Source: Caecitellus pseudoparvulus
Lineage: Eukaryota > Protista > Bigyra: Bicosoecida
Length of the DNA stretch: 64,000 nt
Direction of reading: 5' to 3'
NCBI GenBank assembly: GCA_965644315.1
Contig: CBFFRQ010000043.1
Coordinates: 496,001-560,000 of the forward strand
Part shown: piece after piece, positions 42,922 through 53,658 of the stretch
Numbering within the stretch: position 1 is the stretch's first letter
Layout of the letters: each line of letters begins with the position of its first letter
Notes under the pieces: model-generated
What the model was told of the DNA's origin: nothing
The model's input: the letters and a program-made list of their open reading frames with translations, nothing else
The model's database searches: none
Program-made: the position numbers and the translations under genes

Positions 42922-43642
42922 ATGATTCGACGCACACTTTCCCTTGCTGCAGCTGCTGCCAGTGTTATGGGCAGCAGTGCTTCTCGACAGGCAAGCTCCC
43001 ATTCCGCACACACCGTTGCCAAGATGGCGGCCACGAGCGGCTCGGAAGTCAGCAAGCTGGGGTATGACGTCACGCCAATGACGGCAGAGCAGCTGTCAGA
43101 AGCAGCCAAGCAGCTGTCCACAAAGGAGGAGTCCATCGTGCGTGGCATGGCACTTGCAAGCGAAGGAGCGAACCAGAGAACCCATGAAACGCCCGCCACC
43201 CTCACGCGCAGCTGGTGAAGGGAGGCACGGAGCGAGCCTTCACCGGAGAGTACTATGACCACAAGGAGGATGGCGTGTACGTCTCCGCCTTGACTGGCTT
43301 GCCGCTCTTTGACTCCAAGACGAAGTTCGTACGTGGCGGCGGTGCTCGCGGAATCCGTGCCCGCTGCACCCCGCCATTGTGGTCTCTGCGCAGGACTCTG
43401 GCTCGGGCTGGCCCAGCTTCACCGCGCCCATTGACGAGAAGCATGTGACAGAGCACAGGGATGTCAGCCACGGCATGGTGCGCACGGAAGTGCGAGACGC
43501 GAAGGCGGGCGAGGCTGGCCACCTGGGGCATGTCTTCGATGACGGCCCTGGCGGCAAGCCTCGCTACTGCATCAACTCAGCAGCGCTGCGCTTCGTCCCT
43601 CGAAAGGAATTCGAAGCCTCCAAGGCGCCCTCCAAGGAGTAG
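42922..43642 (+). CDS. msrB: Peptide methionine-R-sulfoxide reductase MsrB, zinc-free type; 3 exons
   Basis: [54 protein letters not shown]. An upstream [12 protein letters not shown] segment looks like a targeting presequence. Confidence 0.92.
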
Positions 43643-43656
43643 GCAATGCATGCACC

Positions 43657-44200
43657 CTACGCACTCTCCTCAGCGCCGGTGGTGAGGAGGCCTGGCAGAG
43701 CGGCATCGAGGGCTGCAGCGGCTGCTTCCGCATCCCCGTACTCCACAATGGTCATGGCTGGATTGCCAGTGAGCATGGCGGACAGACGCTTGCCTGGTGA
43801 TGGTCGGTACAGGCACAGCACGGGGATGCCCATGGCCTCTGCCTGGCCCAACTCGTACCCCACCCCAAGACTGGGCTGGGTCACCTCCGCCACGACTGCG
43901 GCGCTTTTCCGCAGCCAACACATGTCACGCTTGTAGATGAAGGAGTCACCGCCCTTGGCAACCTGAGGGGAGAGGGGGGGGGGTGTGCCTGGCGCCAACT
44001 ACAGCCTGGGCAGCGCACGCAAGCCACACCTCTCCGCTCTCGGGGATGTCCGGACTGGCAACATGCTCAGTCAACACTTCATACGACGCCTGCAGGTGCT
44101 TCACAATGCTGGCATACAGCTCTGCGTCCTGGCGCCCTCCACGGATGCTGCCGGCGAAGTAAATGGCGAGCTTGCCTGCCGCGGATTTTGAAGCGGCCAT
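43657..44200 (-). CDS. DNPH1: 2'-deoxynucleoside 5'-phosphate N-hydrolase (DNPH1/Rcl)
   Basis: IYFAGSIRGGR, VLTEHVA, IYKRDMCWL, VVAEVTQPSLGVGYELG, LSAMLTG. Intron at 44029-43963. Confidence 0.92.
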
Positions 44201-44573
44201 GGTGTCGTCGAGAGGCTTTGGACCTTGCACGGCACAGTGGCGCGATGGAGCGTGATACAATGTGCAGGTGTATCTTAAATGAGTGCGTCCTTTTGTATGA
44301 CAAATTGTGTGGTTTGCGATTGCCTCATTGAAGCATACGGGGTGGCTGCATTGGCGTTGACGCGGCCGACACACGCAGTCCGCATTGCATGCTCCTGGGC
44401 AAAATCCCTGAGACAAGCACATGCAGGCAGACCTATCGTGGTATCCACTGCTGTCTAACGCTACGCACGCAACCCCCGCCTCGGCACGAGTGGCCTCTGC
44501 ACAGCTGGCCTCTCCTGCCACCAGGCGTTCCTCCTCCACCTGCGACTCCAGCCTTCCGGGCACCACGTTGACC

Positions 44574-45116
44574 ATGGCAGCTCCTCCGGGATATGTGCGC
44601 CCTGACTATGCTCAATCTGCGCCTGGAGCTGCGCCCGTCACCGCAGGCGCCGGCTCCAGCAAGAAAAAGGACATGAGCAAGGCGGCCATGGCCAAAGCCA
44701 TGCAGATCGCTTGGTCGCCTGGGCGAAGCCTGTTCGGGCTGGTGGTCATGATGTTCATGATTGGGAACCGCCTTACCATCTTTTCCATCTTCTTCTTGAT
44801 CCCTGTCTTGACGGGGCCCGTGAACCAGCTCATGAACGTCAATGGCGGTGCGTGGAGTTGCGCCTGCGTTTCGGCGTGCACCCCCGCCACCCCTACGCCC
44901 TCTCTGACCGCAGCCTTCGCCGCTCTGGACGGCATGAACGTGAACTTGCTGCAACCCAAGCTGCTCTATACGGCCCTCAGTGTCGTGGGCCTCGCCATGG
45001 GCATCTACAAGGTGAACAGCATGGGTTTGCTGCCAGTCACGTCGGCAGACTGGGTTACCCTGTTGGAAGCACCACAGCCCACAGAGTTCTCAGTGCACGC
45101 CGTGCCCCTCACCTGA
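44574..45116 (+). CDS. EMC4: ER membrane protein complex subunit 4 (TMEM85)
   Basis: KAMQIAWSP, M.GN.L.IFSI, YKVNSMGLLPVTSADW. In-frame 66-nt intron at 44848-44913. Confidence 0.88.
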   Translation: MAAPPGYVRPDYAQSAPGAAPVTAGAGSSKKKDMSKAAMAKAMQIAWSPGRSLFGLVVMMFMIGNRLTIFSIFFLIPVLTGPVNQLMNVNGGAWSCACVSACTPATPTPSLTAAFAALDGMNVNLLQPKLLYTALSVVGLAMGIYKVNSMGLLPVTSADWVTLLEAPQPTEFSVHAVPLT

Positions 45117-45173
45117 GGTGCAAGGGGAATCCATGCATGACGTGGCTCGGAAATGCACCCGCGCGTCTTGCAT

Positions 45174-46604
45174 TCAGCCCTCTTCCCGGGCCTTCTTGGC
45201 TGGCGGGCTTGTGCCCCCCTCTCCCCTCCCACGTTTGGTGCCGCGCGCCGCCGTCGTCGCCTGCAGCAGGAACGAGCAGGCTGCGTTGTCCACGAAGACG
45301 ATAATATCTCCCACTTGCACCGTCGCCGGCTCGTTCAGGCCCAGCACCAGCGCGCTGCCATCCCCTTTCGCCTGCCCCACGGCCTCCTGCACATCCCGCC
45401 CAGCCATCAGGGACAGGCCTCCCTCACCATCCTCCTTCAACAGGCCCAACGTGATGGCCACTTCCTTGGGCAGCACCGTCAGGCTGTTCTTTCCCACGCG
45501 CGTGAGGGTGAAGGCGCCGCTGGCATCGGGGGGTACCACCAGCTTGGCGTGCACTCGGTGCACCTTCATGGACAGGGCGTCCATGCCTGGCACTCGCGAT
45601 GACAGGTCGCGCCCCAACTGCGCCTCCCCTGCCCCCATCGGCACGCCGACACTGGAACTCACCTGCACCAGCCTGTACCCACCCACCTCTGGCGCTGGCT
45701 CAGGGGCGCCTTCACCAGCTCCCTGCCCACCCGGGCGAGACGCCTGCCGGCTGGAGTCCCCTGCTCCCACGGCAGAGGTCTCCTCTGCAGTGGTGTCCAG
45801 GGGCACCAACTTGGTGGGCGGCAAGGCCAGGGGTGCGCTCTCTTCCTCCTCCTCCTCGCCGGCTCCCCCCCCTGCTTGCACTGCACTTCCCTGCGCAGCC
45901 TCCTCGTGCACAACCCCCCCTGCGTCCACAGCTACACCCCCTTCGTCCTTCACCTGCGCTGCCCTCTCTGCTTGCCCTGCATCTCCCTCGTCGTCATCGT
46001 CCACCACCACGCTCTGGGCGGCTGTGGAGGTGGGTGGCTTGGGCGTCGGGGATGCCAGGATGGGGGCCTGCAGGCCCAGGGACAGGAACGTCTCTCGAAG
46101 GGTGGTGAGCTTGGTCGCCAGTTCTTTCTCTCGCTCCTCGGCAGCGGCGGCCCGCGCACGCTCAGCGGATAGCTTTTGCTCCAGAGAGGCCACCATGGCC
46201 TTGTGCTCCTCCAGCTCAGCCCGCACGCCCGCTTGCGCTGTATCGGCACTCGAAGCAGACGAGGTGGCAATCTTGCACAACGACGCAACTGCCAGTGACA
46301 TGCCCTGCTCCACTTCCTGACTTGCTGCCTGCAAGGCGGCTCGCACAGTTTGCTGCCGCTCGATTTCCGCAGTTGCCCGAGCAAGGGCTTCAGCTGCACC
46401 CTCAGTGCCTGAGCTTGCAGAACTGGGACGAGTAGCTAGGGCTTCCAGCAGTTTGGGAGGCACAGTAGCGGGTGCAGCTCCGCCCGCTGCTGCAGCGGCC
46501 GCCGCGAGCAAGGCCTGCATGGTGGCTGCGCTCAACTGTCGAGCTTGACCTGCGCCACGTGCACGAGATTGCTCCTGGGCTGCCAAAACCTGAAGCGCGA
46601 GCAC
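45174..46604 (-). CDS. Coiled-coil protein with C-terminal FHA-like domain and putative NLS; start uncertain
   Basis: LGR...KVHRVHAKL...LTRVGKN follows FHA motif order. C-terminal GTKRGR...PPAKKAR. Confidence 0.55.
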   Translation of the reverse strand: MLALQVLAAQEQSRARGAGQARQLSAATMQALLAAAAAAAGGAAPATVPPKLLEALATRPSSASSGTEGAAEALARATAEIERQQTVRAALQAASQEVEQGMSLAVASLCKIATSSASSADTAQAGVRAELEEHKAMVASLEQKLSAERARAAAAEEREKELATKLTTLRETFLSLGLQAPILASPTPKPPTSTAAQSVVVDDDDEGDAGQAERAAQVKDEGGVAVDAGGVVHEEAAQGSAVQAGGGAGEEEEEESAPLALPPTKLVPLDTTAEETSAVGAGDSSRQASRPGGQGAGEGAPEPAPEVGGYRLVQVSSSVGVPMGAGEAQLGRDLSSRVPGMDALSMKVHRVHAKLVVPPDASGAFTLTRVGKNSLTVLPKEVAITLGLLKEDGEGGLSLMAGRDVQEAVGQAKGDGSALVLGLNEPATVQVGDIIVFVDNAACSFLLQATTAARGTKRGRGEGGTSPPAKKAREEG

Positions 46605-46731
46605 TCAGAACGGCGCTCACATACAGTCTCTCATACATACGTGGGTGACCACTGCACGCAGCTTTGGGGCACGGTGTTTTGGCTGCCCTGTGGCAGTGTT
46701 CAGAGCCTGTCTGCGGAAATTGCTTGGAGCC

Positions 46732-48090
46732 ATGCTGCAGGCAGGCGTGCGAGCAGCGGCTCTGCGCACCAGAGGCAGCCCCACCCGCCAGGCCCTCTTC
46801 TCATACATGCGTGCATTCAGCACTGCGTCAGCGGGTGCAGGCACCAAGATCCCCATCGCGGGCATCCCACGGGAGGCGCTGCAAGCTGAGCTGGCAACGC
46901 ACTTCGATATCAAGCCAGCCGCCAGCGACGCCATCTTCTCTGCTGTGCACCGGGAGGGCCTGCAGAGTTGGGATGCTTGCTCAGCCGTCGGCTCCACCAA
47001 GGCAGCTGCACTGCACCAGCGATACACGCTGGCCACGCCCCGTGTGCTGGAGCACCAGGTGTCAGGGGATGGCACACAGAAGTGGCTGCTGCAGCTGGCC
47101 GACGGCGCCAGCGTGGAGACGGTGTTCATCCCCGAGACGGCAGCACCCAAGCCCTGCGGCACGGGGGGGCGCAAGGTGGACCGCGGCGTCCTCTGCGTCT
47201 CCTCCCAGGTCGGCTGCTCCCTGTCCTGCTCCTTCTGCCACACGGGCACGCAGCCCCTCCGCCGCAACCTGGCCGCAGCGGACATCGTCGGGCAGCTACG
47301 GGCGGCCAGGCTGTCCCTGGGGGACTACCCCCTGCCCCACGGCCAGGCCAATGTGTCCAACATCGTGTTCATGGGGCAGGGCGAGCCGCTGTACAACTGG
47401 CGCAACGTCTCAGCCGCGACCCGCGTATTCACAGACCGCCGCGGCGGCGCCATCCCCCACAAGCGCTGCACCATCAGTACGTCGGGCGTGGCGCCGCGCA
47501 TGGCAGCCGTGGGGCGGGACCTGGGCATCAACCTGGCCCTGTCCCTGCACGCCACGACCGACGACGTGCGCTCCCGCATCATGGGCATCAACCGCAGCTA
47601 CCCCCTGGCCACGGTGCTGCAAGCCTGCCGGGAGTTCAGGGACTCCAAGGGGGGGGAGGGGGACGCGACACCCGCCTCGCTTGCCGCCCGGCGGGCTGCG
47701 CTGAGGGGGGAGGCGCCGCCCGCGCCGACTGGACCCCGCCGCGGGCGCCGCATCCTGTTCGAGTACATCCTGCTGGAGGGCGTGAACGACAGCGAGCAGG
47801 ATGCGCGGCGCCTGGTGGACATGGTGGGCGAGTTCAACTGCCACGTGAACGTGTTGCCGTTCAACCCCTGGCCCGGCGCTCCGTACGCGTGCCCGGCAGA
47901 CGAGGCGGTGCTGGCCTTCGGCAAGGTGTTGCTGGAGGCGGGGGTGACCACATCCATCCGCTGGCCGCGTGGGCGTGACATCATGGCTGCCTGCGGCCAA
48001 CTGCACTCCGCCCATGAGGGGGGGGACGCTGCGGCGGCGGGGCTGGGGGCTGCCTTGGAGGGGGGCGCGTCCAGCACCCTGCGCAGCTAA
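46732..48090 (+). CDS. rlmN: Radical-SAM RNA methyltransferase RlmN-like, probably organellar
   Basis: SGDGTQKWL, VETVFIP, CVSSQVGCSLSCSFCHTG, VFMGQGEP, ISTSG, LALSLHA, FEYILL.GVND, DIMAACGQL. Arg/Ala-rich N-terminal presequence. Confidence 0.93.
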   Translation: MLQAGVRAAALRTRGSPTRQALFSYMRAFSTASAGAGTKIPIAGIPREALQAELATHFDIKPAASDAIFSAVHREGLQSWDACSAVGSTKAAALHQRYTLATPRVLEHQVSGDGTQKWLLQLADGASVETVFIPETAAPKPCGTGGRKVDRGVLCVSSQVGCSLSCSFCHTGTQPLRRNLAAADIVGQLRAARLSLGDYPLPHGQANVSNIVFMGQGEPLYNWRNVSAATRVFTDRRGGAIPHKRCTISTSGVAPRMAAVGRDLGINLALSLHATTDDVRSRIMGINRSYPLATVLQACREFRDSKGGEGDATPASLAARRAALRGEAPPAPTGPRRGRRILFEYILLEGVNDSEQDARRLVDMVGEFNCHVNVLPFNPWPGAPYACPADEAVLAFGKVLLEAGVTTSIRWPRGRDIMAACGQLHSAHEGGDAAAAGLGAALEGGASSTLRS

Positions 48091-48119
48091 GCCCAGGGCT
48101 GTGTCGGAGCTGGGAGCGC

Positions 48120-50721
48120 TCAGGACCCTGGATCGGGCCCCGTGTCTGGGTGGGGAGAGGGCGTGGCGTGCGGGCGGCCATGCACGGTGAGCTGGCGCCG
48201 GGTGGAGAACAGGGGGACTCCGCGGTGCCACCGAACCAAGGCCTGCACACACTGTCGTAAGTCTGCAGCGGATGCGGGGTAGCCTGGGACTGCGGTGCTG
48301 AGCGTGGAGTTGCCGTGCAGACTGCACAGTGGACTGTGCGTGAGGCGCCACTGGGCTTGCGGGCGAAGGAGAAGCGGAGGCAAGCCGCCCTGCGCCGCTG
48401 CTGCAAAGCTCACAGCCAAGCCCATACACTTGCTAGGCTTGAAACCCATGCCCCTCATCTGCGAGGCAGTCGCGCTCAGGGTGCTGGGGTGGCGTGGTGT
48501 GTGGCAGGCGCGCAGGGCTCACCTCCTCCGTGTACGCTGCGAGCCTCCCCAACCAAGCCGCATGGACCATGGACCCCGACGCATCCACCATGTTGTACGA
48601 AGCGATGGTACTTGCCGTGCCCTCACACTGTGCGCTTGCATGGGGGTTTGTGCGCGTTGGCAGGTGAAGGTGCAGCGCAGAGGTGCCAGTGTGCTGCATC
48701 GGGGAAGCGAGCCAGGTGCTCGCGAGGAGCTTCACCGCGGAAGCCGGCAACTTGTCTGGTCGCCGTAGCAGTAGAACTGCATCGCTTCTGTGGAGGCGAG
48801 GGGGGGGGGGTGTTGCGTTGCGAAGGCTCACAACACTGCGTCAATGCACGGAGCATGCACGATTGAGCTTGTCACAGCGAAATACGCGCAGCACGCACTG
48901 GAGTGGTGGAAGGCCCCGAAAGCTGAAACGGGGCACGCCAGCTTGGGCTTGGTCCACAAAGTGCAATGGCTGACCCAAGGGGCAAGCCTCGACGGCAGGC
49001 TCGATCATCTGCTGCGGACAAGCTGCAACGGCGACGACTTGCGAAATGCTTGGCATGCTGCAGTAGTGCTGAAGCAGGGACCGCATTTCTTGGGAGCGCA
49101 CACACAACTGCAAGACCAGGACCACCCCGCCTGGGGCACGTAGCGCATCTCCAGCGCGGGGCACGGCGGACTGCACGCCGCGCTGCACGCGCCGACCTTC
49201 GACAAGCACTGTCACGGCTGACAGAAACGAGCTCCATGCTGGAAGGCGACGGGCAGACTGCAAGATTTCCTCGTCCAACGCCTGCCATCCGAAGGGGCGG
49301 TACGTCTTCACTCCATAGGTGCCCAGAACATGGGAGGCTGCGCTGTCCCAGGCAGGAATCACGCTCGGCATGTGCGGGCGCTGCCGCCCGACACTCGTCG
49401 GCACATCCACGACGCTAACGTGGGGAAGAACTGTGAAGGAGTACCCTGCAGCAAACAGATGGGCCGTCCATTGGGCTTTGTTCATGCCCCTGTCCACAAA
49501 GGCAGGGTCCGGTGCGGGCGCTGCACGGGGCACAATGAGGTACGGTTCAAAGCTGGGAGCAAACGGCACGGTGAACGCGACACGGCCTCTCTCTGACAGC
49601 CACCGTCGGTAGTTCGCTGGCATGTATGCGCGTGGAAAGTACGGGTGCATGGGCCCAATAGCCCCGCTCGCCACTGCCTGCCAAATCTCGGCGTGCGACG
49701 GCGGTGCCGGTACGCGAGTCACATCCATGGACGCTTCCAGCGCTATGACAACGAAGGCATGCAACCCCTTGCATGGTGCGACGTGTGCATGGGGATTCCT
49801 TGCGCCCGCCAAGAAGTCGTCCATGTCCAGGCCTCGGAAGCCTGGCACGTGAGCCTCCCCCGCCTGCAAGTCTGCCTCAGCTTCAGCCAGTGCAGCGGAA
49901 AAGTGCGCCGCTTCGTGCGTCAGGTGCAAGTCCGCATCGATGACAAGCACCCAGGGCGTCTGTGCCAGCCGTTGGGCAATCGCCCGCATGAGATTGATCG
50001 GGTACACTGCCTCCTGCGCGAGCTCCAGCCCCACCGGCTGCACCAAGTGCAGCGCGAGGGAAGCTGCCGCGCTGCCCCACTTCCCCACAGTGTGTAGGAG
50101 GCGGCGCACGGCGCGCCCTGAGCCGGGCACGAACACCACAGCAGTGACTGGGCCCTTCCAGGTCTCGCACAGTCTCAGCAGGTGCGGCAGCCTTTCAGCA
50201 CTGAGGTGTGTGGCCAACGTGACGTTCCAATGCACGCCAGCCGCACCCGACGCGAATGACACGCCGGGTCCAACGTACACCAGGGGAGACACCACGAAGT
50301 CGGCAGCGTCCCCCGCCTTTTCTACCCATGGCGGCCTGGTGGCAAGCGCTGCCTTTCCGCCGCTCTCCAGCAAGGCCATGAGGAGCGCGGCGCTTGGGGA
50401 GGAAGGCGCGGCTGAGGGGGCATGCACTCCGGCAGCGTCGCATGGTACGAAGCAGCGCGATCGGCCACGGAGGAGAGAGGGGACGCTCCGGGACTCGTCA
50501 CCATATGTGCAGAGAGTGTCATTGTCCGCCTCGCCTGTTTGTCCTCCCTGCGTCCATGTTTGTGTGGTGCCGTCTGCCGTCGACCAGGCGGCGGCAGCCT
50601 CAGCCGATGCACAGGAAGCGGCCAAGCACAGCGCCACCCACAAACCTGCCCAGCAGCGTGGCACGCCGTGGCCACCTTGCTGGCACTGCCCCCTTTGGTG
50701 TTGACGCGCAAGCTGGCACAT
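48120..50721 (-). CDS. Glycosyltransferase B: GT49 (LARGE/B4GAT1-like) domain plus degenerate GT64 domain; 3 exons
   Basis: GT49 motifs VTLATHLSAERL, WKGPV, YPINLMR, VIDAD, FEPYLIV, FVDRGMNK, YSFTVLP. Introns at 48898-48788 and 48522-48459 join three ORF pieces into a complete GT64-shaped C-terminus (RFS...SDAVLLLRRP...SYNMV...KCMGLAVSF...RQCV...GVPLFST). Confidence 0.8.
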
Positions 50722-50984
50722 GGAAGCGGGTACGCACGCCGGGACACAGGCTTGCTCGCGGAATTTGCGCCACCCTCAAACTGCGCCGGCACCGCAGCAC
50801 CCGCAGCCGCTCAACACGTCTAGCGAGCGGCAGGTGTGACAGACAATTCCTGGCCCCGTGTTTGAGTACTGTCTTGACGATGTGTCGTGAATTGTGTTCA
50901 AGAACAAGCTTGTGTTCAACAATGCCAGCCTTGGCTCGCAGGGGGCACGAGCGGCGTGCGCAGCAACACTGCTCAGGTGCCTCA

Positions 50985-53658
50985 TCAACGCAGCCGGTAC
51001 TTGCTGGACATACCCCCGAGATGGGAAGCCTTGTACACACGGCCTGACGCTCCCCCTGAGGACTTCATGCGCCCCACCCCCAGCTTCACCGTGCGCTTGC
51101 TGGCCGAGCCGTGGCCGTGGGACCCCGGGCCGGCACTGCTCTTGGGAGCCTGCCTGCGGTACCCAGAGCTGACGTAACCTTTGCTGCCACCACCAGGCTG
51201 GTGTGTGCCAAAGTACTTGGCAGCCGCCCCTGACGAGAAGCCCTTGGGTCCGCCACTGCTGCGGGCAGCCCCCATGGCTGCGTAGGACCCCCCCCCACTG
51301 CTGCTAGGCCCACCCGAGGAGCGGGGGAAGGAGGACAGGGAGGTGGAGTGCCCCGTGACGCCGGCCAGGTACGACCGGCCAGCGAGGCCTGAGGAGGACC
51401 CGGGTCCAGAGCCGTGCAGACCCCCCCCATACCCCCCTGTGCCCAGGGACACCTGCCCCGCCCCCAGACTGGGCACAGAGGCGTGGTGCTTGGAGGCAGC
51501 CAGGCCGGTGGAGTAGCGGGAGCCAGAGGTGGCTGCCCCGCCCACCGTGGCTGAGGAGGCTGACGCCCCTAGGCTGCGTAGGCCATCCATGGCGGCACCC
51601 CCCCCCTTGGAGCTGGTGCTGTGGCCCAGTGTGTCCGGGACCAGCCGAGCCACGCCGTGCCCCAGGCCCAGCTGGTGTGTCTTCGTGGACCCCGCCCCGC
51701 CCAGACGAGACCGCCGCATGATCTGCTTGTGTCGAGCCGCCAGGTCGGCCTGCTGGCTGCTGCCGCCGCTGAGCTTGGTCACGCCACTGCGCCCACGTGC
51801 CCCACGCGTGACCTTCTTGATGCCCACGCTGCGCTTGCCGGCGCCGGCGAGGCTGCCAGACGTCACGCCCGACATGTACGACGCCGTGGAGTTCGCAGGG
51901 GAGGCAAAGGTTGACCCTGACGCGCCCAGGGGCTTGAGAGTGCTCACAGGGTGTGGCGCCGCGGCGCCGGCTTTGCTGCGCCCCGTGCTGGTGGTCGCGT
52001 GCGACCCCAGCCCAGAGCCAGTCCCTGTCGTGCTGGACGAGCCACTCTCGCCGCCCCCCAGGTACGCCATGCCTGCGCCGGGGGGTTTGTGGGGCAAGGC
52101 GGCGTGTCCTGAGCCAAAGCTCCCCCGCAGCTGCCCACTCCCCGCCTTGCCAGATGACGCAGCCGCCTTGCCAGCGGCAGGGCTGGTGGCGCTGACGGCC
52201 TTGCCTGTACTGCGGGCAGACAGGATCTCCTGGGGCGGGGGGGAGGGCAGGGGGGAGGGGGGCGCATCCCCCCCGCCCAGGTCCGTGTCCACACTACTGG
52301 CAGGACTCTTCGTGTCCAGGCGACGTGCAGCCGCCGTCGAGTGGTCGCTGGTGGCAGAGGGTCGCACCTTGTCGCTGCTGCTCTTGGCGCCTGCCGCACC
52401 CCCCTCACCTCCAGCTGCGCCTGCTGCCGCCGGGGTGGTCTTGCTGGACCCTGTGGGCGCGCCTGGTGGGGCGGGGGCGGCGGACGCCACCTCAGGCGGC
52501 ATGGGCGTCACCCACAGGTCGGCGAAGTAAGGGTGCGTGACGGCGTCCCTGGCGGAGATGCGCTTGCGCGGGTCGTACTGCAGCATGCCCTGCAGCAGGT
52601 CTTTGAAGGAGTCCGGCACGTGGGGGATGAGGGAGCGGAAGCCAGTGCCCTGCTGGCGTGGCCAGGAGAAGGACATGTGCCGGGACTGGTGTGCCTTGAA
52701 GAACGCCAGCGCGTCGTCCTTGGGCGTGCCCAGGATCTTGTGGATCTTGGACATCTGGTCCTTCTCGTTCTCCCCCGGGAACAGAGGGAACAGCGCGGAC
52801 AGCTCGAAGAACACGCAGCCGATGCCCCAGATGTCCATTTCCGCACCGTAGTACCCGTCCGTCAACAGGCACTCTGGGGCACGGTACCACCGTGTGCTGA
52901 TGTACTCTGTGTAGGGCTGTGGGAGGCAGCGGCGGCGCCGGGGGGGGGGGCGGTGGGAGCCTGTGTCGGAGAAGCATGCGGGAGCAGGGCCCACCCACCT
53001 TCTTGGACTTGATGCCGCGGCAGGAACCGAAGTCTGCCAGCTTCAGGCCCGTGTACACATCGTAGGACGATTCAATCAAGATGTTCTCGGGCTGCAGAGC
53101 GGTGCGGGGGTGTGGCGGTGCCGGGCGTGCGCAGCGACCCATCTTGCGCGGTGCCGACGCACCTTGATGTCCCTGTGGAAGACGCCTTTGCTGTGCATCT
53201 GGTCCAGCGCACGCAGGGCTTGGAAGCAGTAGATCTTGATGAGCTGGTTGTTGAGGTGGTTCTTGCGCCCCCTGATGAGCTCGTACAAGTTCATGGACAT
53301 GAGCTCAAACACCAGCGCCAGGCGCCCCGTGGGCTTGTCGTACAGCACTTCCTCCAGGTTCACGATGTTCGGGTGCGGCATGAGGCGGCGCAGGGCCTGG
53401 ATCTCCCGCAAGTTGTTCACTTGGTCGATGCTTTTGAACTTCTGCGCCGTGGGCGCGCGTGCAGGCAGTGCGTGTGAGCCGGCGGAGCGGTTGGAAACGC
53501 CACTGGGCCGCCGCCGGGCCGGGCCCCCTGCGCTGCGCTCTGCGTACATTCCGCATGCACTTGATGGCGACGAAGGAACCGCTCTTGATATTCTGGGCTT
53601 TCAGCACCTCCGAAAAGGTGCCCTCGCCCTTCTTCGCGATGAGGCGGTATTTCTTCAT
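50985..53658 (-). CDS. MOK: MOK/RAGE (LF4-like) CMGC kinase with long Gly/Ser-rich tail; multi-exon
   Basis: KKGEGTFSEV, NNLREIQALRRL, HRDIKPENIL, ADFGSCR, PYTEYISTRWYRAPECLLTDGYY. Confidence 0.93.

Noticed and set aside
43215-43642. Selenoprotein-type MsrB or frameshift
   Set aside because: The catalytic residue is an ordinary Cys codon, and the frame changes are explained by two canonical GT-AG introns.
48433-48898. Apparent truncation or pseudogenisation of the GT49 gene at 48841
   Set aside because: Two canonical introns restore a continuous frame to 48120.
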